A stretch of DNA of 64,000 nucleotides, taken from Octopus bimaculoides (taxonomy: Eukaryota). The stretch covers positions 4,568,993 through 4,632,992 of the forward strand of contig NC_068994.1 in the NCBI RefSeq assembly GCF_001194135.2, in the 5' to 3' direction. Position numbers and translations under genes: made by a program. Of this stretch, positions 36,121 to 47,570 are shown piece by piece; position 1 is the first letter of the stretch; every line of letters starts with the position of its first letter. The notes beneath the pieces were generated by a model, which was given only the letters and a program-made list of their open reading frames with translations, made no database searches and was not told the origin of the DNA.

Positions 36121-37372
36121 AACAGAAAGTCAATAAGCTATATATGTATATACATACATAAATACATATATTTGTGTGTGTGTGTGTGTGACTGACCATA
36201 AAGGAAGCAAGAGGAATATAAAGTAGTTCACGTGACAACAGACTAAACTACGAGGATGGGGATGTGAGAATAGAATGGTTCTTCTCTCTTCTCAAGAGTT
36301 TCATAGTCTTTAAAAAGAAAAAGAAAAAAAAACAACAACAGTGTCCAATTGGTGAAACACTGGAAGAAAAGGTTAGAAAAAAAAAAAAACATTTCATTTC
36401 GTCTGTTAATGGTGCAATCCTTTAAGTTTTGTGAATGGTCAGGAAATAAAAAAGACACAAAAATAGATGGGGGGGAAAATGGTAAAAAAAAAAGGGTAAN
36501 NNNNNNNNNNNNNNNNNNNNNNNNNNNNNNNNNNNNNNNNNNNNNNNNNNNNNNNNNNNNNNNNNNNNNNNNNNNNNNNNNNNNNNNNNNNNNNNNNNNN
36601 NNNNNNNNNNNNNNNNNNNNNNNNNNNNNNNNNNNNNNNNNNNNNNNNNNNNNNNNNNNNNNNNNNNNNNNNNNNNNNNNNNNNNNNNNNNNNNNNNNNN
36701 NNNNNNNNNNNNNNNNNNNNNNNNNNNNNNNNNNNNNNNNNNNNNNNNNNNNNNNNNNNNNNNNNNNNNNNNNNNNNNNNNNNNNNNNNNNNNNNNNNNN
36801 NNNNNNNNNNNNNNNNNNNNNNNNNNNNNNNNNNNNNNNNNNNNNNNNNNNNNNNNNNNNNNNNNNNNNNNNNNNNNNNNNNNNNNNNNNNNNNNNNNNN
36901 NNNNNNNNNNNNNNNNNNNNNNNNNNNNNNNNNNNNNNNNNNNNNNNNNNNNNNNNNNNNNNNNNNNNNNNNNNNNNNNNNNNNNNNNNNNNNNNNNNNN
37001 NNNNNNNNNNNNNNNNNNNNNNNNNNNNNNNNNNNNNNNNNNNNNNNNNNNNNNNNNNNNNNNNNNNNNNNNNNNNNNNNNNNNNNNNNNNNNNNNNNNN
37101 NNNNNNNNNNNNNNNNNNNNNNNNNNNNNNNNNNNNNNNNNNNNNNNNNNNNNNNNNNGGGGGGGGGGGGCACATGTTTTCATTGGTTGCTCGTTGCTTG
37201 AAATCCAAACATCTTCACAGCACTGAGGATGTTGTGGCTATGCTCCAGTCTTTACAAATGGATCAAGTGATTGTCTTGGCAGTGGAATTATAACAAAACA
37301 GAGACTCTCTGATATAGTAATATGATAACAACACTAATAATAAAAATAAAAATAATAATTATTATTATTATT

Positions 37373-37902
37373 ACAAGCACAAGGCCTGAAATTTGGGGGG
37401 AGGGAGGGAGCAAGTCCATTACATCAACCCCAGTGTGTAACTGGTACTTATTTCATTGACACCAAGAAGATGAGAGGCAAAGTTGATCTCGGCAGAATTT
37501 GAACGTGGAACATGAAGACAGACAAAATGACGCTAAGCATTTCGTCTGATCTGCTAACGATTCTGCCAGCTCACCGCCTTAATAATAATAATAATAATCT
37601 TTTCTACTCTAGGCACAAGGCCTGAAATTTGGGAGGAGGGGGCTAGTCGATTATATCAAACCCAACACTCAACTGGTACTTAATTTATTGACCCCAAAAA
37701 GATGAAAAGCAAAGTCGACCTCGGTGGAATTTGAACTCAGAACATAACGGCAGACAAAATACCGCTAAGCATTTCGCCCGGCCTCCTAACGTTTCTGCCA
37801 GCTCGCCGCCTTAATAATAATTCTTTCTAATTTTGGCACAAAGCCAGCAATTTAGGAGGTTAGGGGATTACATTGACTCCGGTACTTGACTGGTACTTTA
37901 AT
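37373..37902 (-). mobile_element. Head-to-tail chain of three SINE family A copies
   Basis: Copies at 37373-37580, 37601-37812 and 37821-37902 (into a gap), each separated by (AAT)n. Confidence 0.85.
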
Positions 37903-38462
37903 NNNNNNNNNNNNNNNNNNNNNNNNNNNNNNNNNNNNNNNNNNNNNNNNNNNNNNNNNNNNNNNNNNNNNNNNNNNNNNNNNNNNNNNNNNNNNNNNNN
38001 NNNNNNNNNNNNNNNNNNNNNNNNNNNNNNNNNNNNNNNNNNNNNNNNNNNNNNNNNNNNNNNNNNNNNNNNNNNNNNNNNNNNNNNNNNNNNNNNNNNN
38101 NNNNNNNNNNNNNNNNNNNNNNNNNNNNNNNNNNNNNNNNNNNNNNNNNNNNNNNNNNNNNNNNNNNNNNNNNNNNNNNNNNNNNNNNNNNNNNNNNNNN
38201 NNNNNNNNNNNNNNNNNNNNNNNNNNNNNNNNNNNNNNNNNNNNNNNNNNNNNNNNNNNNNNNNNNNNNNNNNNNNNNNNNNNNNNNNNNNNNNNNNNNN
38301 NNNNNNNNNNNNNNNNNNNNNNNNNNNNNNNNNNNNNNNNNNNNNNNNNNNNNNNNNNNNNNNNNNNNNNNNNNNNGGTGGTGGTGGTGGTGCTGGGATC
38401 GGTCAGTTATAAAGACCCCGGTATGTGACCGGTATCTTATTTATTTACTCAAGCCCCTGGAG

Positions 38463-39570
38463 CAGTGGTTCTCAACCAGGATCTGCATGACCTTTGGGGG
38501 GTCCATTTAAGAATTTGCTGTTAAAATTTATCTGCAATAAATTGGGTCTTCCCATAAACAATACGGTTTTTTAAAATATTTCTTTTATTTTTCAAAATTA
38601 AGATAAACAAAGTTCTTTTTCAATCTAAAATATACTCTCCTTCATTTTCTGTGACAAAATACACTCCTCCAGTACTGATCTGACCTTGTCTACAGATTTC
38701 ATATTTTTTCCTGTCCAAATGATTTTGAAGATGGCAGATTAAATGGTAATCAAATGGGGCAATGTCCAGTGAATATGGTGATTGGGGCATCGTTTCCCAT
38801 TCAAACTGCTCCAGCCTTTGGAATGCCTCCTCCCTGTATGTGGCCGAGTATTATCCTGACGGAAGAACACCTTTCAACTTGAGACCAAAGATTGTCGTTT
38901 TTCTTCCAGTGCTGACTTAAATGACCGGTTGAATGACCAAATCCAAGCTTCTCTGCTAGTTCCTCGACAGCTACAATGAGATTTTATTCCACCAGAGTTT
39001 GCAGGACATCCTCATCGAGTTCTACAGATCTTCCAGGATGAAGCTCATCTTCTAGGCTGTAGTTTCTGGCTCAGAATATCTAGAACCATCGTTGACACTG
39101 GCTTATGCTTACTGTCCGATCCCCATATACTGCATTAATATTCCTCACACTTTCCATTGTGTTGTTGCCTTTATTGAACTCATAAAACAAAATATGCTCC
39201 TTTATCACTTCCATTATAGCTTTCAAAAAATAACTTAAAATGGAACTGCACTCTTCAAAACTTGCACTAAGAATAAGGACAAGGTAAAAATCCTACCTGC
39301 TTTTATAGCAAGTTGATGCAGGTAGTTTATCCCATCCCCCTCCGACTTTTAATTCACGAAACTGAAATAAACCGCATTATTTAGGGGATGACCCAATATT
39401 TCTGAAAGACACAAAATATTTTAACAATTTCTAAAAATAAAATTTCAAATAATATTTAATAATAAAAACATAATGTTAGGATTTTTTAAATACTGAATGG
39501 TTATGAGGGTCCATTCAAGTGAAATAGGAATCGAAGGGGTCCATAGGAAGGAAATGGTTGAGAACCACAG
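38463..39570 (+). mobile_element. hAT-type MITE split by a mariner insertion
   Basis: TIRs CAGTGGTTCTCAACC (38463) and GGTTGAGAACCACAG (to 39570); degenerate 8-bp flanks CCCTGGAG / CCCCAGAA. Confidence 0.8.
38542..39396 (-). mobile_element. Internally deleted, decayed mariner (Tc1/mariner, DD34D-type) transposon
   Basis: TIRs TTGGGTCTTCCCATAAACAATACGG and the inverse of TTGGGTCATCCCCTAAATAATGCGG, with TA on the right flank. The minus strand encodes MEVIKEHILFYEFNKGNN..NINAVYG, SQCQRWF, SLEDE.HPGRS, FRQDNTRPHT and PQSPYSLDIAPFDYHL with stops and frameshifts; the central part is missing. Confidence 0.88.
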
Positions 39571-40570
39571 CCCCAGAAGGATGTAAGCAAAAATGGGTCC
39601 AAGTGAGACAGCCATGTAGGGCCCCTCTGTCATATGACAATATTTTTCTGATTTTGGTATCAAGTCACCAACTGGTAGTGGAGGGGGAGATGAGCTGAAG
39701 TGAATGAAGCCAGTATATGACTGGTACAGATTCTATAGCGTCTGGTCAGGATGAAAAGCAGGAGACAAGATGGATGTGACTAAATACTGACTGCAATGCA
39801 GGGGACCCAGGACCTTATTTTCTCTGCCACTTCTAGTGCCTTGCTGCTGCTAGTGGTGGTGGTGGTGGTGGTGGCGATGGTGATGGTGGTGGAGATAATG
39901 GTGGTGGTGGTGGTGATGATGATGGTGGTGGTGATGATGATGGTGATGGTATAGGAATAGTCGATTGAACTCATTCCAGTATGTGTGTGTGGCAGACAGA
40001 CAAAAAGACAGAGAAAGTGTGTGCATACACAGAAACACACACATATATAGGAGTGTGTGTGTGTGTGTGTGTATAGATATGTATATAAGTGTAATATATA
40101 AGTATGTGTGTGTATGTATCTATATATGTGTGTGTGTGTGTGTGTGTGTATAGTGTGTCTGTATGTATGTTGTGAACAACTATTTGCTACACCTCACATT
40201 CTACACAAGCACATACATTTACACAGACACACACACACACTCACTAAGAACCATCTAGAACATCTTTGTCACATCACACACAATGTGAAGGGGAAGGCAA
40301 GTGTTGCGTTAGGAATTAAAATAAATAAATATTTTTTTTAAAAAAGCCCCCCCAAAAAAAAAAGAAAATAAAAATTTAGAAACTGAACATTTCTGAGAAG
40401 AAAATCTTAGATCAAATTCTTTTTTTCTTATTTTTTTTACCTTCTCTTTTTTTTGAAAATTCTTTTTTTTTCCTTCTTTTTTCCATTTTCATTCTGAACA
40501 TTGTTTTGTTTACAAAATATTAAATTTCCAAAAATATTGGCCAGCATCTTACAGATGGCTGCATAGCTTC

Positions 40571-40748
40571 CTAGAAACCACCATCACCACTATCATCATC
40601 ATCATCATCATCAACATTATTAGAACTACTATCACCATCACTATCATCATCATCAATATTATTACTATACAACCTCACCATCACCATTACCATCATCATC
40701 AACATTAAAACCACTACTACCACCACCACCACAACCATCATCATCAAC

Positions 40749-40789
<41 letters not shown>

Positions 40790-40915
40790 CATTATCATCA
40801 TCAACAAGCAACTTCACCACCACCACCACCACCACCCTTTCAATGTTATTGCAACCACAATCATCATCATCATCATCATCATCAATATTATGACTGCCAC
40901 CACCACCACCACAGT
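40571..40915. repeat. Compound (CAT)n/(CAC)n/(TAT)n trinucleotide repeats
   Basis: Direct reading. Confidence 0.9.
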
Positions 40916-41214
40916 TAATTTAAGGCCAATCCATGTTAAACTGTTTCATAAATCCTTGAATGGGTGACGGAGAGGTGCTTTGCCAACATTTAAAGCTGTG
41001 TTGACTCAGGTCTGCAGTTGGCTGTTGTTGTTGTTTGGTGTATGTGTAGGTGGTGGTGGTTTTGTGTGTGCATGTGTGTCCGTGTGTGTGTGTTGTAAGG
41101 TGGTGGTGTTGTCTTTATGTATGTGTGTATATGACGTGTGTGTGTGTATGTGCACATTGTTATATGTGTGTGTGTGTGTTGTGTGTGAAGTAGCAGGGGC
41201 AGGGTGGGGGGAGG

Positions 41215-41365
41215 CAGTCAATTAAATTGACCTTGTACTTAATTGGTACTTTATTTAATCAGGCCCCTGTAAGGACCAAACACAAAGTCTCAACTGAGAA
41301 TTTGAAGAGGCAGAAGAAAAACCGTGAAGAACTTGGTCGAATGATGCTCTAACGATTCTGCCAGT
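41215..41365 (-). mobile_element. SINE family A, diverged
   Basis: CTAACGATTCTGCCAG and TTGGTACTTTATTTAATC motifs. Confidence 0.55.
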
Positions 41366-42451
41366 TGACAGCATCAATAGCAATTCCGATGGAAAAACAG
41401 GAGAAAAATATTGGGTGGAGGACATCTTGCCCCTGGCCCACCTGTCCAAGCTAATCTCCTGTTCCCTTACATGTCATCCTTAACAATGTACTAATGGAAA
41501 CATTTAATAAGAATGGCCCCTTTCTAGCAAGACAAGAAACAACACTGGTGGTGGTGGTGGTGGTGAGGGTCCAGTTAGCACATTCAATGGTTTTCTTTCT
41601 AGAGATTCTGGCTTGCCCAGTGGCCGGAATCTCCCAACTTTGTCTTAACCATTAGAACCAGCAGACTGTAAAAGCCCAATACCAATTGTAGAAATCAGTG
41701 CCAGCAACAGGATATGAACCCCTTCACTCTTTAACCAATATTGTACAGCTGAAGGTATCACCAAGGCCTTAAACAAGTCAATCAGCCCAAGTTACCTCAA
41801 AGAAAGAAACTCACCTTCAAGTTGTTGAATTCGTTTTAAAAAATTCTGTGTCAATAAAACATTGCTGCTTAACCCTAGGTCAATAGGTCAAACCACAGAG
41901 CAACCCTATGATCAAAGACTTTCCAGATATGACCACTCCATCAAACTTTCAGGAATGGCAAACCAAGGGTCATATAATTCAATGTATCCTTGACAGCGAA
42001 GCATTAGTTTGAAAAAAGATTTGGCTGCTATTTCTAGCAGACCCATGACTACATAAAAGATTCCTCAATGACTTAATACTGTTATGGTGATGGTGGGTAG
42101 TCATGGTGGAATGGCAAATCCTTAGAACATTAAACAAATTTTAAACAAATAGTTTAAAATATTTAGCTATGGGTTCAAACTCCACCAAGGGCGGCTGTAG
42201 TTTTCATCTTCCCGGGACTGATAAAATGAAGTACAAATCATTATAAAGGAGGGGGAGTGGGTTAGCAGAACTGTTCCAAGTCAGAACTGAGTTGACATCC
42301 AGGTTTGCCATTTGTACATTCGGGGTTAGTTAAACCTCCGAGCGCCAACACATCTGGCTCTAAACTTTAAGGACCAGTGTTTTGTCAACCCCATGCTAAC
42401 ATGGGAAAACAGATGAATGGTGATGATGATGATGATGATTATGATGATGGC

Positions 42452-42606
42452 AAAGGCTTAGCAAAGTCATTCTGAGCTCAAATACCACCGAGGTCAACTT
42501 GGCCTTTCAATCTTTTTGCCATCAACCAATTGAACCAATCAAGTACGACTATCTTCTTCCCTCTAAAATGTTGCTGGCCTTGTGCCAAAATTAGAAAGAA
42601 TTATCA

Positions 42607-42652
<46 letters not shown>

Positions 42653-42855
42653 GGCGAGCTGGCAGAATGGTTAGCACACCAGGCAAAAATGCTTAGCAGT
42701 ATTTCATCTGCTGCTACATTCTGAGTTCAAATTCCGCTGGGGTCGACCATTGCCTTTCATCCTTTCCGGGTTCAATAAATTAAGTACCAGTCAAGTACTG
42801 GGGTCGACTTTCCCCCTTCCCCCAAAATTGCTGCTCTTGTGGCAAAATTTGAAAC

Positions 42856-42889
<34 letters not shown>

Positions 42890-43225
42890 TCCTAGGAAGT
42901 TGAGGGGGGAGCGGGAAGTGTTGGCTTGTAGCAAGTTTGTTGAAAGACGGGGTGAATGTTGGAAGAATGGCCAATGTGAAAGGACCAGTTCTGAGCATAC
43001 ACCTGTGAGAAATAAAAGGAGAAGGGATCTTGTCCCATTGATCAGGCAGCCATGACTTTTCTGGGTTTTTCCACAAGGACCTTAAAGCACCTCCCCTATT
43101 GGGATTTTTAATTTGTTTAATTTGTTACTGTCATGCTTTGTTTGCATGCAGAAAACCCATTGTATCGTTCCGTTTTTGCCTTTAATGTTATTGCATGTGA
43201 GCCCTTGTGGCTAATAAAAGAATGA

Positions 43226-43258
<33 letters not shown>

Positions 43259-43415
43259 AAGGCAGTCAGCTTAGAGCATGGGGTAAAAAAATGCTTCATG
43301 GCATTTTGTCCATGTTTAAGTTTTGACTTCCACTGAGGTCGACTTTGCCTTTCATCTTTTGGGGATCAACAGAATAAGCACCAACCGAGCAATGGGGTCA
43401 ATGTCACTGACTATC
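42452..43415 (+). mobile_element. Three SINE family A copies on the + strand
   Basis: Copies at 42452-42600, 42651-42857 and 43258-43415; the latter two are preceded by (TAT)n. Confidence 0.8.
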
Positions 43416-43424
43416 CTATTTTAT

Positions 43425-43731
43425 TTTGACCTTTAAATGATAAAAAGCAAAGTTGACCCCCCAAACAAATTTGAATTCAGAATGTAAACAGCCAGACAAT
43501 AACAATAATTATTATTTCTATTCTAGGCACAAGGCCTTGGAAATTTGGGGGGAGAAGAGAGCTAGTTGATTACATTGACCCCAGTGCATAACTGGTACTT
43601 ATTTCATTAACCCCGAAAGGGTGAAAAACAAAGTCAACTTTGGTGGAATTTGAACTCAGAATGTAGTGGCAGACAAAATACCACTAAGCATTTCGCCCGG
43701 CCTGCAAACGAGTCGGCCAGCTTGCAGCCTT
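43425..43731 (-). mobile_element. Two SINE family A copies on the - strand
   Basis: A partial copy at 43425-43490 and a near-full copy at 43516-43731. Confidence 0.8.
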
Positions 43732-43743
43732 AATAATAATAAT

Positions 43744-43780
<37 letters not shown>

Positions 43781-43873
43781 TTAGAAGCAACCAATTGAAA
43801 ACATGTTTGTGTGTTTGAGATGTTGTTGTTTGTATAAAACAGATGTTGTAGGGTCCGGGTCCTTATGTTTCTG

Positions 43874-46385
43874 TCATTTTGATGTGCTGGGGTGGCTGGT
43901 CTGGCCCTTTGTTGGGGCGGTTCCTCTTGGATACTCAATCCTACTGCATGGGAAAACACTGGGCATGTTTGCCCAGGTGGTAGGGGGCATCGAGGTCATA
44001 GAAAAGCCGCGGGGCCAGAGGTAGTTACCCTCCCAGCGCTGGGACATCTCGTGGAGGTTCATGGAGGTCATCCACGAGGAAGAGGTGTGAGGGGATGCTG
44101 ATGATGACGGAACAGACGAGGGAGATGACGCGGGCATTAACGACTGTCCTGACCGTCCACCGACTGATGGGGAGGGGATCAACAACGAGGTGTTGGACTG
44201 CTGCTGCTGTTGTTGTTGTTGTTGTGGCTGTTGTTGTTGTTGTTGTTGTGTCATGTGAGCATTCGTCTGGCGGTTGTTCTGGTTCTGGTTATGCGCCATA
44301 CTCTGAGTGTAGTCAGTAGCAGACTTCAGATTAGAACTCTCGCTCTTCACATTACCTGCATTGACTGCAGAGTTGTTTGTTGTGCTAACTGCAGTCGGAA
44401 CCCTAGGGTTATTGGCTCCACTCGGGGCTGTCTTCACACCGGTGCTGCCACCTGCGACACTGCTTCCGTTGTCCTGCAACAACATGGCGTCCCTCTCGGC
44501 AGACTGCTTAGCTGCGAGCATGAGGCTTGCGTTGTGTGCCTTAGCAGCATGCGAGCGCTTGTGGTTGATCAACGTGGTCCGTTGTGCGAAGGATTTCGAA
44601 CACAAGTCACAGGTGAATGGCTTGATGCCAGTGTGAACACGTTCGTGCGCATGCAAGTTACTAAGCTGACTGAACATTTTATTGCAGGTGTTGCATCGAT
44701 ATGGCTTCTCACCCGAGTGGACACGCTCGTGTGTCCGTAAATTAACCAGCTGAGTAAATGCCTTTGAACACATTGAACACTTAAAAAGGTCTCCTGAATG
44801 CAAGCGACGGTGGTTTTCAAGATTCGCACGCTGGCTAAAGGTCTTTGAACACTGTTCGCAGCTGTATGGTTTTTCCCCGGTGTGAATACGTTCGTGCATT
44901 TTTTGGTTGCTCTGCTGACTAAAGGCTTTCGGACAATAACTACATTTGAAAGGTTTCTCACCTGTGTGAGTCCTTATGTGAGATTTTTGCTCGGTTTGCT
45001 GACAAAATGCTTTAGGGCAATACGTGCATTTGTAAGGCTTGATCCCTGTGTGAATACGTTCGTGGTTCTGCAAGTTGATTTCCAACGTAAAGGCTTTTCC
45101 ACAAACTAAGCACTTGAACAAGTCCCCCGTGTGTATCCGCTTGTGACTGTCAAGGTTAGTTTTTTGAGAAAACGACCGATCACACTGATCGCAGTGGAAC
45201 CGTTTTTCACCAGTATGAGAACACAAGTGGGCCTTTAACGTACCCTGTTGACTAAATGATTTGGAGCAGTAGGTGCAGTGGTAGGGCTTCACCCCCGTGT
45301 GCAATCGCTCGTGGTTGTTTAGTGCACTTTGTTGCGAAAATCTCGAGCTGCAAAACGTGCAGGCAAAGGGCCGCTCCCCCGTGTGCACTCGTTCATGATT
45401 GCGTAAGTTTATCTCGAGGGTAAATGCTTTGGGGCAGGTCGAACACTTGAAGAGGTCGCCGGTGTGAATGCGTTTATGACTGTCGAGGTTTGTCTTTTGA
45501 GAGAAGGAACGGTCACAGAGGTCGCAATGGAAGCGTTTCTCACCCGTGTGCGAACAAAGGTGAGCTTTGAGAGTCCCCTGTTGGCTGAAGGATTTTGAGC
45601 AGAACGTACACTGGTATGGCTTCACTCCTGTGTGGAGGCGTTCATGATTGCGAAGTGCGCTCTGCTGAGAGAAGCGACGGTTGCAATAGGTGCAAACAAA
45701 TGGCCTCTCTCCAGTATGGATCCTCTGGTGGTTATGAAGATTTATCTCCAGAGTGAAAGCTTTGGAACAGATCTGACAAGTAAACAAGTCTCCTGTATGC
45801 ACCCTCTTGTGACTGTCCAGGTTAGTCTTCTGGCTGAAACATTTCTCACACTTGTCGCATTTGTACGGTTTCTCTCCTGAATGTGTACGAAGGTGGATCT
45901 TTAAGTTTCCCTGTTGGCTGAATGACTTTGAACAAATGGCACAGTGAAAGGGCTTCTCACCCGAATGCACACGCTGGTGGCTTTTCAGGTTTACCAATAG
46001 ACTGAAAGCCTTACCGCATGTGTTACAGGTGAAAGGTTTCACACCTGTGTGTGTTCTTTCGTGGTTGCGGAGAAAAATTTGCTGAGAGAAAGCTTTGTTA
46101 CAAAACGAACAAAAGAACGTTTTCTCTTTGGCTAGACTTTTCTGTAGTGCTGGATCGGTGACGCTTTGGAGGTTCGGCTGCCCCACCATCGGCACGGTGA
46201 GCATCGCCTGAGGGGGTGGGATTGCAGGAACTGTTAGGGGCAGGGACAGTAGACCCGAGCCACTCATTGAACACTCGTGGTTCATCATGTCCATCTTTTG
46301 GCTGAAGGTCTTCTTGCAGGCTTCACATTTGAACTGCTTTCTTTCAGAAGCATCGTTCGAGTCACACTGCGAGTCATGAGTCTTT
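43874..46385 (-). CDS. C2H2 zinc-finger protein ZNF-B (5' end hidden in the gap 46386-47333)
   Basis: Open frame from the gap edge to TGA at 43874. It contains one atypical finger (CxxC..HECS), 19 tandem C2H2 fingers at 46117-44549 with TGEKP-type or (T/S)GDL linkers, and a Gln/Ser/Asn-rich C-terminal tail. Confidence 0.92.
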
Positions 46386-47333
46386 NNNNNNNNNNNNNNN
46401 NNNNNNNNNNNNNNNNNNNNNNNNNNNNNNNNNNNNNNNNNNNNNNNNNNNNNNNNNNNNNNNNNNNNNNNNNNNNNNNNNNNNNNNNNNNNNNNNNNNN
46501 NNNNNNNNNNNNNNNNNNNNNNNNNNNNNNNNNNNNNNNNNNNNNNNNNNNNNNNNNNNNNNNNNNNNNNNNNNNNNNNNNNNNNNNNNNNNNNNNNNNN
46601 NNNNNNNNNNNNNNNNNNNNNNNNNNNNNNNNNNNNNNNNNNNNNNNNNNNNNNNNNNNNNNNNNNNNNNNNNNNNNNNNNNNNNNNNNNNNNNNNNNNN
46701 NNNNNNNNNNNNNNNNNNNNNNNNNNNNNNNNNNNNNNNNNNNNNNNNNNNNNNNNNNNNNNNNNNNNNNNNNNNNNNNNNNNNNNNNNNNNNNNNNNNN
46801 NNNNNNNNNNNNNNNNNNNNNNNNNNNNNNNNNNNNNNNNNNNNNNNNNNNNNNNNNNNNNNNNNNNNNNNNNNNNNNNNNNNNNNNNNNNNNNNNNNNN
46901 NNNNNNNNNNNNNNNNNNNNNNNNNNNNNNNNNNNNNNNNNNNNNNNNNNNNNNNNNNNNNNNNNNNNNNNNNNNNNNNNNNNNNNNNNNNNNNNNNNNN
47001 NNNNNNNNNNNNNNNNNNNNNNNNNNNNNNNNNNNNNNNNNNNNNNNNNNNNNNNNNNNNNNNNNNNNNNNNNNNNNNNNNNNNNNNNNNNNNNNNNNNN
47101 NNNNNNNNNNNNNNNNNNNNNNNNNNNNNNNNNNNNNNNNNNNNNNNNNNNNNNNNNNNNNNNNNNNNNNNNNNNNNNNNNNNNNNNNNNNNNNNNNNNN
47201 NNNNNNNNNNNNNNNNNNNNNNNNNNNNNNNNNNNNNNNNNNNNNNNNNNNNNNNNNNNNNNNNNNNNNNNNNNNNNNNNNNNNNNNNNNNNNNNNNNNN
47301 NNNNNNNNNNNNNNNNNNNNNNNNNNNNNNNNN

Positions 47334-47556
47334 TGTGTGTGTGTATGTATATATGTTTGTGTGTCTGTGTTTGTTCCCCCACCATCGCTTGACAACCGAT
47401 GCTGGTGTGTTTACGTCCCTGTAACTTAGCAGTTCGGCAAAAGTGACCGATAGAATAAGTACCAGGCTTACAATGAATAAGTCCTGGGGTCAATTTGTTC
47501 AACTAAAGGCGGTGCTCCAGCATGGCCACAGTCAAACAACTGAAACAAATAAAAGA
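47334..47556 (+). mobile_element. SINE family B, 3' half
   Basis: High similarity to the other family B tails; starts at the gap edge. Confidence 0.85.
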
Positions 47557-47570
47557 ATATAAATATATAT

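Noticed and set aside
41790-41850. Strong minus-strand donor AAG|GTGAGT near 41810
   Set aside because: No supporting acceptor or open frame could be identified; an isolated motif is not enough to call an exon.
47334-47395. Apparent start MSSDGGGTNTDTQ of ZNF-B
   Set aside because: It lies inside a SINE-B copy and its CA repeat; the frame across the 948-N gap is arbitrary.
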